Shown here: piece after piece, positions 40,772 through 50,973 of the stretch
Position numbering within the stretch: position 1 is the first letter of the stretch
Layout of the letters: the number at the start of each line of letters is the position of its first letter
Translations under genes and position numbers: made by a program
DNA from: Candidatus Anstonellales archaeon
Lineage (GTDB): Archaea; Micrarchaeota; Micrarchaeia; Anstonellales; J096
Direction of reading: 5' to 3'
Length of the DNA: 64,000 nt
NCBI GenBank assembly: GCA_038890745.1
Contig: JAWAFD010000001.1
Location: 1 to 64,000, forward strand
The notes under the pieces: generated by a model
Seen by the model: only the letters and a program-made list of their open reading frames with translations
Told to the model about the DNA's origin: nothing
Databases searched by the model: none

Positions 40772-40852
40772 CTCTAACTAATCATGTGTAGTTAGTTGAT
40801 TAATAGTTGTAAGCAGTGGTACTTAAAAAACTTATCACACAAAATATATACG

Positions 40853-41797
40853 ATGGGATTTAGAAAACTATTGATTGCAGGATTGCTTGTGGGCGCGGCT
40901 GCTTCCCCTTCAAAAGAGAGAATGGTAAGAGATGCGTTCTCTATCCCAGATAGTTCGGAATATACACAAACATACGAGCAAGCAAGAAGAATGCTCATGA
41001 AGCATGGTGATACTGTTCCCAACCTCTCTGCTTTTCTACCAAAAAGCCGGGAAACAACATATGTTTTTTGGCCTGTTTTTTCTGATTCGCAACCAGGTGT
41101 TTATGTATTTTATAAGGACGTGAGGTTTTTGCCTCTTATTCAACTATGGGGAGGGAACGCAAGTCTAACACCTTATGATATTGTGATCACCACCCCGATC
41201 GACACTTTGGCATGTACAAAGGTTTCTATTGAAGGTAATCCAAATGTTTTTGATTTGTCTTATGTTCTTTCAAAACCTGTTGAGGAGAGAGTTTGCGCAG
41301 ATATGGCATTTCTTGGAAAATTTGTTATAGACCTTTTATCCTTGGGTGTAGAAGTTGAACCGTTGTTCTTTGTTTTTTCAGCATATCGAAATGATACCCT
41401 TGTTGCTGAAAACGCACACGTTGCCCTAATAAATCTTAATAACTGGAAGGTGTATGATTTCAAATTAAGAACAACAAAGAAACTTATTTATGAATACATC
41501 GCTGACCTTGATGTGGTCAGTGTTATGTTAGGAGAAGATGTGTTAAAAAATGCTAACAGGATTAGAGTAAGCGCAAGCTTCGGATGGAGGTTGGAGGATA
41601 TCGATACTACAGTTGCAATGGCTATAATTGAAGGAAGGGCTGGAGAAACCGAAAAAAAATATGTAAGTCAAAAAACAAACCAACGTTTTCAAACTTATAA
41701 TAATAGGATGAAAGGGATGGAAGCCACTCCTCAAAGTATAATTCATGCTCTCGCTGAGTTTGGTTGTTTTATAGTAAATATGGATGTTGTCAACTAA
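40853..41797 (+). CDS. Secreted hypothetical protein, possible transglutaminase-like
   Basis: Signal peptide MGFRKLLIAGLLVGAAA; VCADMA ... AHVALI ... VYDF. Confidence 0.55.
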   Translation: MGFRKLLIAGLLVGAAASPSKERMVRDAFSIPDSSEYTQTYEQARRMLMKHGDTVPNLSAFLPKSRETTYVFWPVFSDSQPGVYVFYKDVRFLPLIQLWGGNASLTPYDIVITTPIDTLACTKVSIEGNPNVFDLSYVLSKPVEERVCADMAFLGKFVIDLLSLGVEVEPLFFVFSAYRNDTLVAENAHVALINLNNWKVYDFKLRTTKKLIYEYIADLDVVSVMLGEDVLKNANRIRVSASFGWRLEDIDTTVAMAIIEGRAGETEKKYVSQKTNQRFQTYNNRMKGMEATPQSIIHALAEFGCFIVNMDVVN

Positions 41798-41854
41798 CCA
41801 TATGATACATCGTAGCAGTTCTCGATAGGCAGAGGAGATAAAATGGAAAAATAG

Positions 41855-42886
41855 TTAGAGCCAACTCGACATCCTAGATTGCCCTCCCTTCTCCTCCATC
41901 CCCTTTACCATCTTCTCAATAGCATTCCTCACCCTTTCCTCTGAAAAATCATGTTTTTCAACAAGAATTTCAATTATTTTTTCTGCGTTTGGCTTTCCCC
42001 ATCTTAGCTCAGCATCTATGCATGGGGGGTTCAGGAAATACTCAAAAACTTCTTCTATGTATGGTTCAAATTCATGAGCGTATTTATTTTTAACAAACCT
42101 TAAAACATTCTCAAAAGTTTTCTGCTCCTTTACTATTTTAAGGGCTGTTTTCGGCCCAACCCCCTTAACCCCCTCATTAAAATCTGTTCCAACAAGAATG
42201 CCAATTAAAATAAGCTGCTCCTGCGTTATACCATTCGCTGAGAGAAGTTCGGAAAGGGAGATCTGTTCTGGATAGATGAGCGTATACTGGTCTCTTCTTG
42301 GAAGCTTTCTTTTTCCTGTTATTGAAAGATTGCGAATCAAAAGCGGTGATCCAAACAGGAGGGAATCATAATCCTGCGAAGCAGAGGCATAAACAATTCC
42401 TTTTTTTGCCATGCACGCTGCCTGTGCCTCCCCTTCTTCAGGAGCTTGGATGCAGGGAATACCCATGGCTGAGATGAGCTCCATGCTCTCAGCAATCATC
42501 TCATCTGTAAGTTTTGAGGTTGCTTGGGCATATGTTTTCGCTCCTTCTTCTTCAAGCGCAAGCGCTTTCTCCCATTTTTCTTTTGCCTCCTCCTTTGCCT
42601 TTCTCCTTTTTTCTATTGTTTTTTCCTTAAAAGCAGGTGGCTTGCCATCAAAAACATACACTACCTTTATTCCGTTCTCCATAAGCCTTTCTGTTCTGTA
42701 AAGCAAACCGCTAAGATGAGAAGTGATATTTCCTGAAAAATCCATCAAAGGAGTCCCATCCGGCTGCCTTATAGATGCGAGGAATTGATAAAGAACATTA
42801 TGGGCATCTATTGCAATCTTTTTGCCTGCCAAACTCTCCAATGTTATCTCACGCTTTTCAACAATAGGTGAAAGGTCTACACCCAT
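41855..42886 (-). CDS. fen: Flap endonuclease 1
   Basis: MGV.L, YQFLASIRQPDGTPL, EGEAQAA, SQDYD, GTDFN.G..G.GPK; C-terminal PIP box QSRMSSWL. Confidence 0.97.
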   Translation of the reverse strand: MGVDLSPIVEKREITLESLAGKKIAIDAHNVLYQFLASIRQPDGTPLMDFSGNITSHLSGLLYRTERLMENGIKVVYVFDGKPPAFKEKTIEKRRKAKEEAKEKWEKALALEEEGAKTYAQATSKLTDEMIAESMELISAMGIPCIQAPEEGEAQAACMAKKGIVYASASQDYDSLLFGSPLLIRNLSITGKRKLPRRDQYTLIYPEQISLSELLSANGITQEQLILIGILVGTDFNEGVKGVGPKTALKIVKEQKTFENVLRFVKNKYAHEFEPYIEEVFEYFLNPPCIDAELRWGKPNAEKIIEILVEKHDFSEERVRNAIEKMVKGMEEKGGQSRMSSWL

Positions 42887-42890
42887 TCAA

Positions 42891-43352
42891 TCACTTCTTT
42901 TCTTCAACAAAATCCCCAAGCGTCAGCTCTTCTTTTGTTTTTTTCTCAGGTTTTTCTATTATTACTTCTGTTGTTTTTTCTATAAGCTTTATACCGAGGG
43001 CCCTCTCAAGCTTTTTTGCTGTTTTTATGGTGGGCCTCATCCTCTCCTTTTCTATGTGCTCTAAATAGCTTTCGCTCTCACTTATTTTTCTTGCAAGCTC
43101 CTGCCTGCTAAGTCCAAGCCTTTCCCTTGCTTTTCTTACAATTTCACCATACCCTTCTATAATATCCTCCTCAACAACTCCTGTTTCAACAACCCTAACC
43201 CCTTTCTCTATTTCCTCATCCGGCTTTTTATTTAGAATTTTTGCTCCCTTCGCGCATACTGCACATGCATTCATGATCGCGCCTTCTATCGTGATAATAA
43301 ACCTTGCTTCCCTCTCCCCGCAAACCTCGCACATGTCTTTTTTCTTTTGCAT
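42891..43352 (-). CDS. Archaeal MBF1 (Zn ribbon + HTH)
   Basis: CEVCG...CAVC, HTH region, LTLGD. Confidence 0.9.
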   Translation of the reverse strand: MQKKKDMCEVCGEREARFIITIEGAIMNACAVCAKGAKILNKKPDEEIEKGVRVVETGVVEEDIIEGYGEIVRKARERLGLSRQELARKISESESYLEHIEKERMRPTIKTAKKLERALGIKLIEKTTEVIIEKPEKKTKEELTLGDFVEEKK

Positions 43353-43403
43353 AAAATCTAATTGTCTAGAAAAGCATTTATAATGTTTCGCAGAATTCTA
43401 CCC

Positions 43404-44528
43404 ATGCTCAGAAAGGTTGTTATTCTTCTCGCGATAGCGATATTCTACATCATAATTAATCTCAACATCCCGGGAACAGTGAGGTTCTTTGCTGCTGTTC
43501 TTGAATTGGGGGTAGTTGGGGAGTGGCTAAGGAAGGAATATAAGTTGGACGGCGAGTATGGGCTTTTTCTTCTGAAGAGCAGAAAGGGGATAAACAAAAT
43601 AAATGAGGTTGCGTTGAGGTATGAAAGGATACTAAAAATTTTTGCTGATGTTTCTATCGCCGTTGGCTTTGGCCTTGCCTCTTTCTTTGTTATGAAATGG
43701 AGGCCGGTAAAGGAAAGGGTTGGAATCGTTCTTGCGGGTTTGGGTATAATGATTCTTGTTTCCTTGCTCGTTTCCCCATTCGCGCTCGGGGTGATAATCT
43801 CAACAATCGGAATAAAGGGGGTTGGGGAAACCGTTTCCGGTGAGTTTAATATTATATACCCGGCCATGCTTCTCTTTACGGGTTTTTGCGGGTTCATTTC
43901 TTACTCGTTGGTTGCGCATGGAATCGGGGTTGTTTCTGCAGTCTATGAAATAGTGATGTATGGCATCGAGCAAGAGGTACAGGAAGGGGCAACCCTTCTT
44001 CTTCCGGGTATAAACCTCCCATTTTTAGAAGGGGTTTTTGCTCTCGCTTTAATACTGATCGTTCACGAGGGCGCGCACGCTCTCCTCACAAGAATTGCTC
44101 GGGTTAGATTGCTTAGCTCTGGGATTGTTTTCTTTGGGTTTATACCTGTTGGTGCTTTTGTGGAGCCGGATGAAAACCATCTTCTACAGAAAAGTATTAA
44201 GGAGCAGGAGAGGGTTCTTGCTGTCGGAACGGGTGCAAACTTTCTTGCGAGCATAGTTCTTCTTCTTATTTTCTTGGGTTTTTTTTATGCTACGAAAGGG
44301 TTTTACGAAGAAGGGGCTTTTTTCTACGGGATACTCCAGTTTATGTATAAGTTTTTGGGGCTTGCCTTTGCCCTAAACTTTGTTGTCGCTGTTGTAAATC
44401 TTTTACCCGTTCCTTTTTTTGATGGGTACAGGATGGTTGAGCTTGTTGTGGGGAAGAGAATTGCACAACCTCTGTCTATTCTATTGCTCACCGCGCTTGT
44501 AATAAACTTCCTTCCTGCGCTTTTCTAA
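43404..44528 (+). CDS. Site-2 protease (M50)
   Basis: HEGAH, GAFVEPDE, NLLPVPFFDG. Confidence 0.88.
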   Translation: MLRKVVILLAIAIFYIIINLNIPGTVRFFAAVLELGVVGEWLRKEYKLDGEYGLFLLKSRKGINKINEVALRYERILKIFADVSIAVGFGLASFFVMKWRPVKERVGIVLAGLGIMILVSLLVSPFALGVIISTIGIKGVGETVSGEFNIIYPAMLLFTGFCGFISYSLVAHGIGVVSAVYEIVMYGIEQEVQEGATLLLPGINLPFLEGVFALALILIVHEGAHALLTRIARVRLLSSGIVFFGFIPVGAFVEPDENHLLQKSIKEQERVLAVGTGANFLASIVLLLIFLGFFYATKGFYEEGAFFYGILQFMYKFLGLAFALNFVVAVVNLLPVPFFDGYRMVELVVGKRIAQPLSILLLTALVINFLPALF

Positions 44529-44568
44529 ACATAAAGTTTAAAAACATTTTTGAACATATATTAACACT

Positions 44569-45597
44569 ATGATGGAAGCAGAAAGATATGGGGATAATAA
44601 GGTGAAGGAAGCTTTTTTGCTAGTGTATAATGATGTAATAGAGACAGTAAAAAATCCAATAAAAAACCCCATAGCGAAAGCTTTAGAGGCGGTTGTCTCA
44701 ATCGCAACGTTTCCACTAATCCTTGCTGGGTTGTATGCGCCAAAGCAGAATGGCCACGTTGGCAAAGTCGGTGAAAATGAAGAAAGCGAGGAAGAGATCG
44801 ATTTCTATGAATGGAAAAAAAGACAACGAGAAGCAGAAGAAAGAAACGCTAATTTTGAGAGGGCTAGGATAACAGTAAATGGAATAACTTACACAAGAGA
44901 AAAAAGGGAGGGTGAAACACGAGAAGAATGCTACATAAAATTAATAATGGAAATTATGAATTCATGGTGCGATGATCTTGTTGAAAGTGAAAGGATGATA
45001 AATTTTTTCAGTGGAAAAATGCCCATCCCAAGGATTCTTGACCCAAACGGGGAGGGAAACGATTCGTTCATCCTAAAAAACAGTTCTATTATCACAGCCC
45101 TTCTGCTCATGGATAACCATGAGATTGATGAGGAGCTTAAAGAATATATTACTACTTCTGTAGAGAGAATGAGCTCCCGTACTTCTATGTATATACTATT
45201 TCGAGACAAGGAACGAGTGGATAGGGGAATAAAAACAATCCTTGAAATTTTAAAAGAACTTACAGACCGAGGGGATGTGAGAAGAGTATTAGAAACTATA
45301 GAAGGATTCGAAGGATTCATGGGGGATAACATTGAGGGTGGGTTAATAATTCAAATATTTAGTAGGGCCTTCTCAGCAAAAGGAAATGATGTGGAAAAGG
45401 AGATGAAGTATAAAGAATTGCTTGAACGACTTAGCAGAAAAAAGACAACGGCACTAAAGATTTTAGAAAGCGAAGGAGAGGGGATGAGAAAGGATTATAG
45501 AGAAGTGCTCAAGAAACTTGAGTGGACTCTTTTTAGGTTTGGTGGAGTAAACTACGAAAGGAACATTATGGTTCCAACCAAAAAAAGAGCATCATAG
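44569..45597 (+). CDS. Hypothetical protein
   Basis: 342-aa ORF with one hydrophobic segment; no recognised motif. Confidence 0.6.
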   Translation: MMEAERYGDNKVKEAFLLVYNDVIETVKNPIKNPIAKALEAVVSIATFPLILAGLYAPKQNGHVGKVGENEESEEEIDFYEWKKRQREAEERNANFERARITVNGITYTREKREGETREECYIKLIMEIMNSWCDDLVESERMINFFSGKMPIPRILDPNGEGNDSFILKNSSIITALLLMDNHEIDEELKEYITTSVERMSSRTSMYILFRDKERVDRGIKTILEILKELTDRGDVRRVLETIEGFEGFMGDNIEGGLIIQIFSRAFSAKGNDVEKEMKYKELLERLSRKKTTALKILESEGEGMRKDYREVLKKLEWTLFRFGGVNYERNIMVPTKKRAS

Positions 45598-46344
45598 ATG
45601 GCATACCCAGCCGCCATCTATCACAAGAACAGTTCCTGTAACATACGAAGCCTCATCGCTCGCCAGGTAAAGGGCTCCGTACGCAATATCCTCTGGTTTT
45701 CCAACCCTTTTTATTAAAACTGGGGCGAGGTATGCTTCAAGAAGTTCTTTGTTTGCAATAATGTCCTTTGTCATGGCTGTTTCTATCAAACCAGGAGCGA
45801 TCGCATTTACCCTAATGCCAAACGAAGCAAGCTCCTGCGCAGCTGATTTTGTGAAATTCACTATCGCTCCTTTTGAGGCTCCATAATGGGTTGCACCCCC
45901 TATCCCACGAATGCCGGCTACGCTCGCAATGTTTATTATCGCTCCTTTCTTCTGCTTTTTCATCTGGATGGATGCGTACTTTGTTCCGAAGAAAACACCA
46001 TTCAGATTTACTGCCATGAGTCTGTTCCAGTCCTGCTCTGTAATTTCATCAATGTTTTTTGGAAAATAAATCCCTGCATTGTTCACCATAATATCAAGCT
46101 TTCCGAATTTCTTTACTGTTTTCTCAACCAAACTCTTAACCTCATTCTCTTTTGAAACATCGCATGGAAGGGCAAAAGTTTGACCGAATTTTGAGAGCTC
46201 TTCGGCAACGCTCTTTGTATGTTCCTCATTTTCAGAACTTATCACAACCTTCGCACCTGCTTTAAGGAAAACTGTTGCGATCCCTTTTCCAATCCCAGAG
46301 GTTGAGCCGGTAACAATAGCAACCTTATCCTTTAGGGAAAACAT
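45592..46344 (-). CDS. Short-chain dehydrogenase/reductase (FabG-like)
   Basis: [21 protein letters not shown]. Confidence 0.92.
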   Translation of the reverse strand: MFSLKDKVAIVTGSTSGIGKGIATVFLKAGAKVVISSENEEHTKSVAEELSKFGQTFALPCDVSKENEVKSLVEKTVKKFGKLDIMVNNAGIYFPKNIDEITEQDWNRLMAVNLNGVFFGTKYASIQMKKQKKGAIINIASVAGIRGIGGATHYGASKGAIVNFTKSAAQELASFGIRVNAIAPGLIETAMTKDIIANKELLEAYLAPVLIKRVGKPEDIAYGALYLASDEASYVTGTVLVIDGGWVCHL

Positions 46345-46387
46345 AGAACCACAAAAAGGATAGAAAGGAATATTTTATAAAATTAAT

Positions 46388-46568
46388 TGCAGGGGGAGGG
46401 ATTCCCGAGCCTTTTCCGCTGAAGCGCTTTTTGTCAGCAAAAATGGCTGTTCGAACCCACGTAGACCCTAGGTCACCAGGTTTCGCATGCAGGTTTGTTT
46501 GCAACCTTTTTGGACAACCCAAAAGGTTTCCTTGAGCCTGGCGCGTTTGACCGCTCCGCCACCCCTGC
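46388..46568 (-). tRNA. tRNA-Leu(CAA) with two introns (46482-46530 at 37/38; 46402-46449 at 59/60)
   Basis: GCAGGGG/CCCCTGC; CCAGG-CT-CAA-G|A-CCTGG; long variable arm; TTCGAA|T. Confidence 0.88.
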
Positions 46569-46665
46569 TAAACCTATTTTATAGAAATGGATTTAAAAAA
46601 TTTGGGCTTTTTAAAACCCTTCCAAGTGGGGATGGAAGCCTTTAAAAACATCAAAACAAAATTTT

Positions 46666-47691
46666 TTATACATGTTTTGGAATAAAGTTTAAACCTAAGG
46701 CAACTAACTGGTCTTGTTTATAAATGTTTGCTATTCGAAAAACTATTTGTGTTCCTGGTGAAACTGTTGTTTCTGTAATAGTCATGCTTTCTTCTCTAGA
46801 AGGTTTAATAAGAACAAATTCGTCATTAGTTTTATCATAAAGCAAAAACTCTCTTCCTGATTGCGTCTTTCTTCCTCCAATATAAACTATATTATTTGGA
46901 TCGCGACCAATCTGCTTACACATTTGACCAAGCCAATATGCACCATACTGATTAGCTATTCTATCCTCATATTGTTGTTGGGTTTCACCTGGACGCTGCG
47001 CGTAGTCTGTCGAACCAATAAGTCCTACGGGCTTGCCAAAGGCTTCGGATAATGACCTAAGAGTTACATCGTTCCATCCAGAGCCTTTCTGCGCGCATAC
47101 TGACCCTACACCTGGAATTGATTTAAGAGCATATGGCTTCTTCATGCTTTCTTCCGTACCTTTTCTTTTTGAATATGTAGTAATTTCCCGTATAGCCCCT
47201 TCACCAATTTTTTCCCAACCTAGATGCGTACGTGCTCTGTTGATGCAATCCAAAACCTTTTCCCTTGCCGGGTCGCCAGCTGGAAGCATATCAAGTAGTT
47301 GCCCCCAACAGTTAAGTGCTTCTTCATACTTTTCGTTGGCGTAAGCTTGAAGACCTGATGAATAGAGATCTCTGGCCGTCTTAGAATATGGCGGAGAACT
47401 TATAAGACTGAGGGCTAAACCAGAAGCTGAAGCGCCGCCAGCGAATAGCCCGCTTTTTTCTATTTTGTATCCTAATTTTGCTTCGCTTCTTTCCAAACCT
47501 TTTTTTGCTTTTTCATTATTTGGGTCAAGCTTCAATGCTTGCTTAAAATACTCAATAGCTGTTTTGTAATCCCCATTTTTGTAGGCATCAACGCCACGGA
47601 GGTACAGTTCTTGAGACGTGGGCTCCTTCTTTTCTCCTGCTTTATTTTTTGCTCCTTTCGTCGCTTCTACCAACTTATCCCCAATTCCCAT
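46666..47691 (-). CDS. TPR-containing hypothetical protein
   Basis: LYLRGVDAYKNGDYKTAIEYFKQALKLDPNN plus a second TPR; likely start MGIGDK. Confidence 0.7.
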   Translation of the reverse strand: MGIGDKLVEATKGAKNKAGEKKEPTSQELYLRGVDAYKNGDYKTAIEYFKQALKLDPNNEKAKKGLERSEAKLGYKIEKSGLFAGGASASGLALSLISSPPYSKTARDLYSSGLQAYANEKYEEALNCWGQLLDMLPAGDPAREKVLDCINRARTHLGWEKIGEGAIREITTYSKRKGTEESMKKPYALKSIPGVGSVCAQKGSGWNDVTLRSLSEAFGKPVGLIGSTDYAQRPGETQQQYEDRIANQYGAYWLGQMCKQIGRDPNNIVYIGGRKTQSGREFLLYDKTNDEFVLIKPSREESMTITETTVSPGTQIVFRIANIYKQDQLVALGLNFIPKHV

Positions 47692-47764
47692 CTTCCCACG
47701 CTTTTTATTTCTGCCAAGAAATACTTTTAAATACATTGCTGTTGATATTGGATGTGGTGGAACC

Positions 47765-48001
47765 ATGACAACGAAGCTGTCCAGGATGTATGGCATGGAC
47801 ATTTTTACAGATGCAGGAAAGTTTTTGGGGAACGCACAGGATTTTATAGTGGATGTTGAGGAAGGCGTAGTGGCAAGAATTCTGCTCGAACCTCTCCCGG
47901 CTAACAAAGAGCAAGCAAAAAATGTTCTGCGGGAAAAAAGCGTCCTATATAAAAACGTAAAATCCGTGGAAGATGTAATAGTTGTGAAAAAGGTTTCATA
48001 G
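47765..48001 (+). CDS. PRC-barrel domain protein
   Basis: LS.MYG.DIFTD.G..LG...D..VD...G.V ... VKSVEDVIVV. Confidence 0.8.
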   Translation: MTTKLSRMYGMDIFTDAGKFLGNAQDFIVDVEEGVVARILLEPLPANKEQAKNVLREKSVLYKNVKSVEDVIVVKKVS

Positions 48002-48586
48002 AGAATTAATAAGCGCGTCAATATCCTTTGTTGCTTCCCCCTTTTCTTCTCTTATTTTTTTTGCTTTTTTCAAATATTCCAATGCTTTTTTCTTCAGCGC
48101 TTTGTTCTCACCTTTAAATGTTTTTATTGCATTCATTATTACCTGAGCTTTTTTTACATACTCATGGGCGACATCAACCTCAACATTCAAATCCTCTAAA
48201 ACCCTGGCAATCTCCTCTTTAAATTTCTCTTTTTCCTTTGGAGGGAGAGAAGAAAAAAATGAAATGAAAGAATCAACGATATCATCTACCTGCTTCCCGG
48301 CTTTTTTCCTTTCTTCTATCAAGGCAAGATAGCTTTTAACCCTTACCTCATTTGAGACCCTTGTACTCGGTATAGCCCCAACCTTAACCTGCATTTCAGA
48401 AACTATCCTTTTTAGCTCCTTTATCTTTTTCTCAATTCTCTCATCCCTAATTCCCGACCTCTCATATTCGTTTATTGTTGAACGGATAAAACCCAAAGCA
48501 TCCTGAGTGTATCCTTTTTCAAAATCCATAAGCCGGGCATTTTCATAAGCGATAAGAGCCGCAACAACCTTATCCTCGATCTCCAT
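47996..48586 (-). CDS. Hypothetical helical protein
   Basis: 196-aa charged ORF with upstream TATA-like element. Confidence 0.65.
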   Translation of the reverse strand: MEIEDKVVAALIAYENARLMDFEKGYTQDALGFIRSTINEYERSGIRDERIEKKIKELKRIVSEMQVKVGAIPSTRVSNEVRVKSYLALIEERKKAGKQVDDIVDSFISFFSSLPPKEKEKFKEEIARVLEDLNVEVDVAHEYVKKAQVIMNAIKTFKGENKALKKKALEYLKKAKKIREEKGEATKDIDALINSL

Positions 48587-48637
48587 GGATTTGTTCTACC
48601 TGTTAAATTTTTAAACACTTTCTACTAACCTGAGTGC

Positions 48638-48817
48638 ATGGGAGATGAATGGAAGGTTGCGGTAAGGGGAATAATTGCTATCATTTTCGGTGCGCTTTTC
48701 GTATGGTTCTGGCAGAGCATGAGACCGGATGATGACCCATTAACAGTATATGGGGTGGGGGTACTCCTCACGCTTCTGTTCTTTGCTCTTCTACATTTCA
48801 TAGGGAAGGGAGAGTAA
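48638..48817 (+). CDS. Small two-TM membrane protein (59 aa, not in track)
   Basis: MGDEWKVAVRGIIAIIFGALFVWFWQSMRPDDDPLTVYGVGVLLTLLFFALLHFIGKGE*; TTTAAA about 25 nt upstream. Confidence 0.6.
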   Translation: MGDEWKVAVRGIIAIIFGALFVWFWQSMRPDDDPLTVYGVGVLLTLLFFALLHFIGKGE

Positions 48818-49295
48818 CCATTCTTTTAATTATTCCCTCAGCCATTTTTTTTGTTTTCTCTCCGCCATCAACAGCAACAACCCCCTTTTCAAAGATCCCA
48901 TATATTAAAATAAAATTTTCTTCAAGAGAGCGGAGGAAAGCAAGTGCGACAAGGTCCTCCTCACCATCAACAAAAAGCGCCCCACCAGTTTTCAGCAATC
49001 CTTCTGCAATTTTAAAAATCTCTTCATTAAGCGTACCCGCAGGGTTGCTTATTTTTATTGCATTCGGAAAATGAGAAATAAGTTTCTGCTTTTCTTCCTC
49101 GCTTATCTCTTTTCTTAAATTCTTAAAATCAAAAACAGCAACAAAAGGCTTCGTTTCTTTTTCTAGCAAAGAAAGAACAACGATATCCCCAACAGCAATA
49201 ATTTTTTTGTTTGTTTTTAAAACCTCTTCTATGGAAGCCATCCTCCCCAAAGGTTTTTTCAATTCCACCCTAAGCTCTTCTGTGATTTTCAGCAT
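48798..49295 (-). CDS. GTP-dependent dephospho-CoA kinase (DUF359)
   Basis: LR.ELKKPLG, VGD.V, NPAG, VDGEEDL, YG....GVV. Confidence 0.85.
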   Translation of the reverse strand: MLKITEELRVELKKPLGRMASIEEVLKTNKKIIAVGDIVVLSLLEKETKPFVAVFDFKNLRKEISEEEKQKLISHFPNAIKISNPAGTLNEEIFKIAEGLLKTGGALFVDGEEDLVALAFLRSLEENFILIYGIFEKGVVAVDGGEKTKKMAEGIIKRMVTLPSL

Positions 49296-49299
49296 AGGA

Positions 49300-49956
49300 T
49301 CACGGAGAAAGGATCTCCACAGTATTGCCGCGCCCGATCAAAACTTTTGAAAACTTTGTGAATATTCCGTTCTCAAATATCCCTGGTATAGAGTTCAGCC
49401 ATTTTTCCATATCTCTTGCATTCTCTATTTCAATGTTCGCATCAAGCAAAAAATTTCCATTATCCGTAACAACAGGGCCCAGTTTTGTTTTTGACATTCT
49501 TAATGAAGAGGGAATTTTGTTTTTTTCAAGCTCGCGCATAACTGTTGGGTAAGCGAATGGAAGGACTTCTATCGGCACTTTGCTCCTTTTTCTTGTTTTT
49601 GAAGAATCGACGATTATGATAAACTCTTCTGCAGAATACCCAACAACCTTCTCCCGGGCAAGGGCCCCTCCCCCTCCTTTTATCACATACTCTTTACATA
49701 CATAATCAGCCCCATCAACTGCGATATCTATTTTATTCACGCTTGAAAGTGGGACAACATCCAATCCGCACTCACATGTAAACATCTCTGTATCGTATGA
49801 AGTTGGGATACATTTTATACATAATTTTTGCCTCTTTACCTTATTCGCCAAAAGCTCAATAAACAACTTTGCGGTTGAGCCGGACCCAAGACCTACAACC
49901 ATTCCATCTTTTATGTATTTAAGTGCTTCCTTTGCAACAAGGAGTTTTTCTTTCAT
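49300..49956 (-). CDS. rpiA: Ribose-5-phosphate isomerase A
   Basis: GLGSGST, DGAD, IKGGGGALAREK, TDNGN. Confidence 0.95.
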   Translation of the reverse strand: MKEKLLVAKEALKYIKDGMVVGLGSGSTAKLFIELLANKVKRQKLCIKCIPTSYDTEMFTCECGLDVVPLSSVNKIDIAVDGADYVCKEYVIKGGGGALAREKVVGYSAEEFIIIVDSSKTRKRSKVPIEVLPFAYPTVMRELEKNKIPSSLRMSKTKLGPVVTDNGNFLLDANIEIENARDMEKWLNSIPGIFENGIFTKFSKVLIGRGNTVEILSP

Positions 49957-49985
49957 GTGAAAAAAAGAAGCAAAAGAAATTAAAA

Positions 49986-49998
49986 GGTGGTGGGCATC
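49986..49998. repeat. 13-bp duplicate of the SRP RNA 3' end (att-like)
   Basis: GGTGGTGGGCATC occurs at 49986-49998 and 51017-51029. Confidence 0.7.
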
Positions 49999-50428
49999 AA
50001 ATTTTTTCTTTTATTCTTTCTTTTACGAATTTTAAAAACTCTTCGGCTGAATTTATCGCATACTTTGCTTCGTACTCTGATATAACATCTGGTTTTTCAT
50101 AAGTTGCGAGCGCTCTTTTTGAGCGGATTCTGTTTAAACTCTGAACAAATCCTGAGTATTTTTTGTCAAGAACCACAGAAAGAAAATCAAAGGTTGCTTT
50201 GTGATGAAACTCTGAATCCGGTCTGTAGCCATAAGAATGCATTAAGGCTCTCGCAGCTTGCAGTAGGCTATTGTATGCTAGATTAAGAGCACCATCAAAA
50301 CTCTTTAGAAAAATTTCTTTTGCAAGCCTAAGGTCTCGTTCGCTTATTTTAAGCAAATCACTGATCTGTGTCTTATCAACAGGAATTCTATGTATGAACC
50401 CCTTCTTTTCAAGTTCTGATAAGCTCAT
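49997..50428 (-). CDS. HEPN-domain protein (putative toxin)
   Basis: AY.S.LQAARAL...GYR....HH; RALATY (Rx4Y variant); overlaps the MNT gene. Confidence 0.8.
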   Translation of the reverse strand: MSLSELEKKGFIHRIPVDKTQISDLLKISERDLRLAKEIFLKSFDGALNLAYNSLLQAARALMHSYGYRPDSEFHHKATFDFLSVVLDKKYSGFVQSLNRIRSKRALATYEKPDVISEYEAKYAINSAEEFLKFVKERIKEKI

Positions 50429-50972
50429 CAAAATCACCGACCAAAGAAATTTTTTTGCTTGACAGAATGTTTTTAATAAATGGTGAGTTTTTTTTGCTTC
50501 TGAATTCTTCTTTGCTGTAAACAAAAAAGGAAATTTTCCGGTTTATTTTTTTCTCCGCTTCAAAAATCAAGCAATTTAGTTTTTTCATATCCGGCTTGCC
50601 AACAATAAAAAGGTCTATATCGCTATGCTCATCCATCCTTCCCGTAGCGTAAGAGCCAAATATAAATGCAGACTCTATTCCAGAAATTTTAGAAAGCTGT
50701 TTTTTTATTAAAATGTGTGCGCCCTTCAATTTAAGCAGTAGGGCCCTTAATTCGTCTATAAAAGTGCACTTCTCATTCACTGAATATACTAATGCATTTG
50801 AAATTCTTTCTTTTTTTAAAATTCCAATTTCTTCAAGGTTTTTTAGCTCTTTTCTTACATGAGAGGGCATTATTTTAACTTTTTTAGCAATCTCGCGTAT
50901 TGAACCCTTAAAGTTTTCCAAAAGCATTAGTATAAGGATGCCTTCCCTAGTCTCAGAACCGAGCAATCCCAT
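50409..50972 (-). CDS. HTH + minimal nucleotidyltransferase (MNT antitoxin)
   Basis: N-terminal wHTH; FGSYATG....SDIDLFIVG. Confidence 0.85.
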   Translation of the reverse strand: MGLLGSETREGILILMLLENFKGSIREIAKKVKIMPSHVRKELKNLEEIGILKKERISNALVYSVNEKCTFIDELRALLLKLKGAHILIKKQLSKISGIESAFIFGSYATGRMDEHSDIDLFIVGKPDMKKLNCLIFEAEKKINRKISFFVYSKEEFRSKKNSPFIKNILSSKKISLVGDFDELIRT

Positions 50973-50973
50973 A

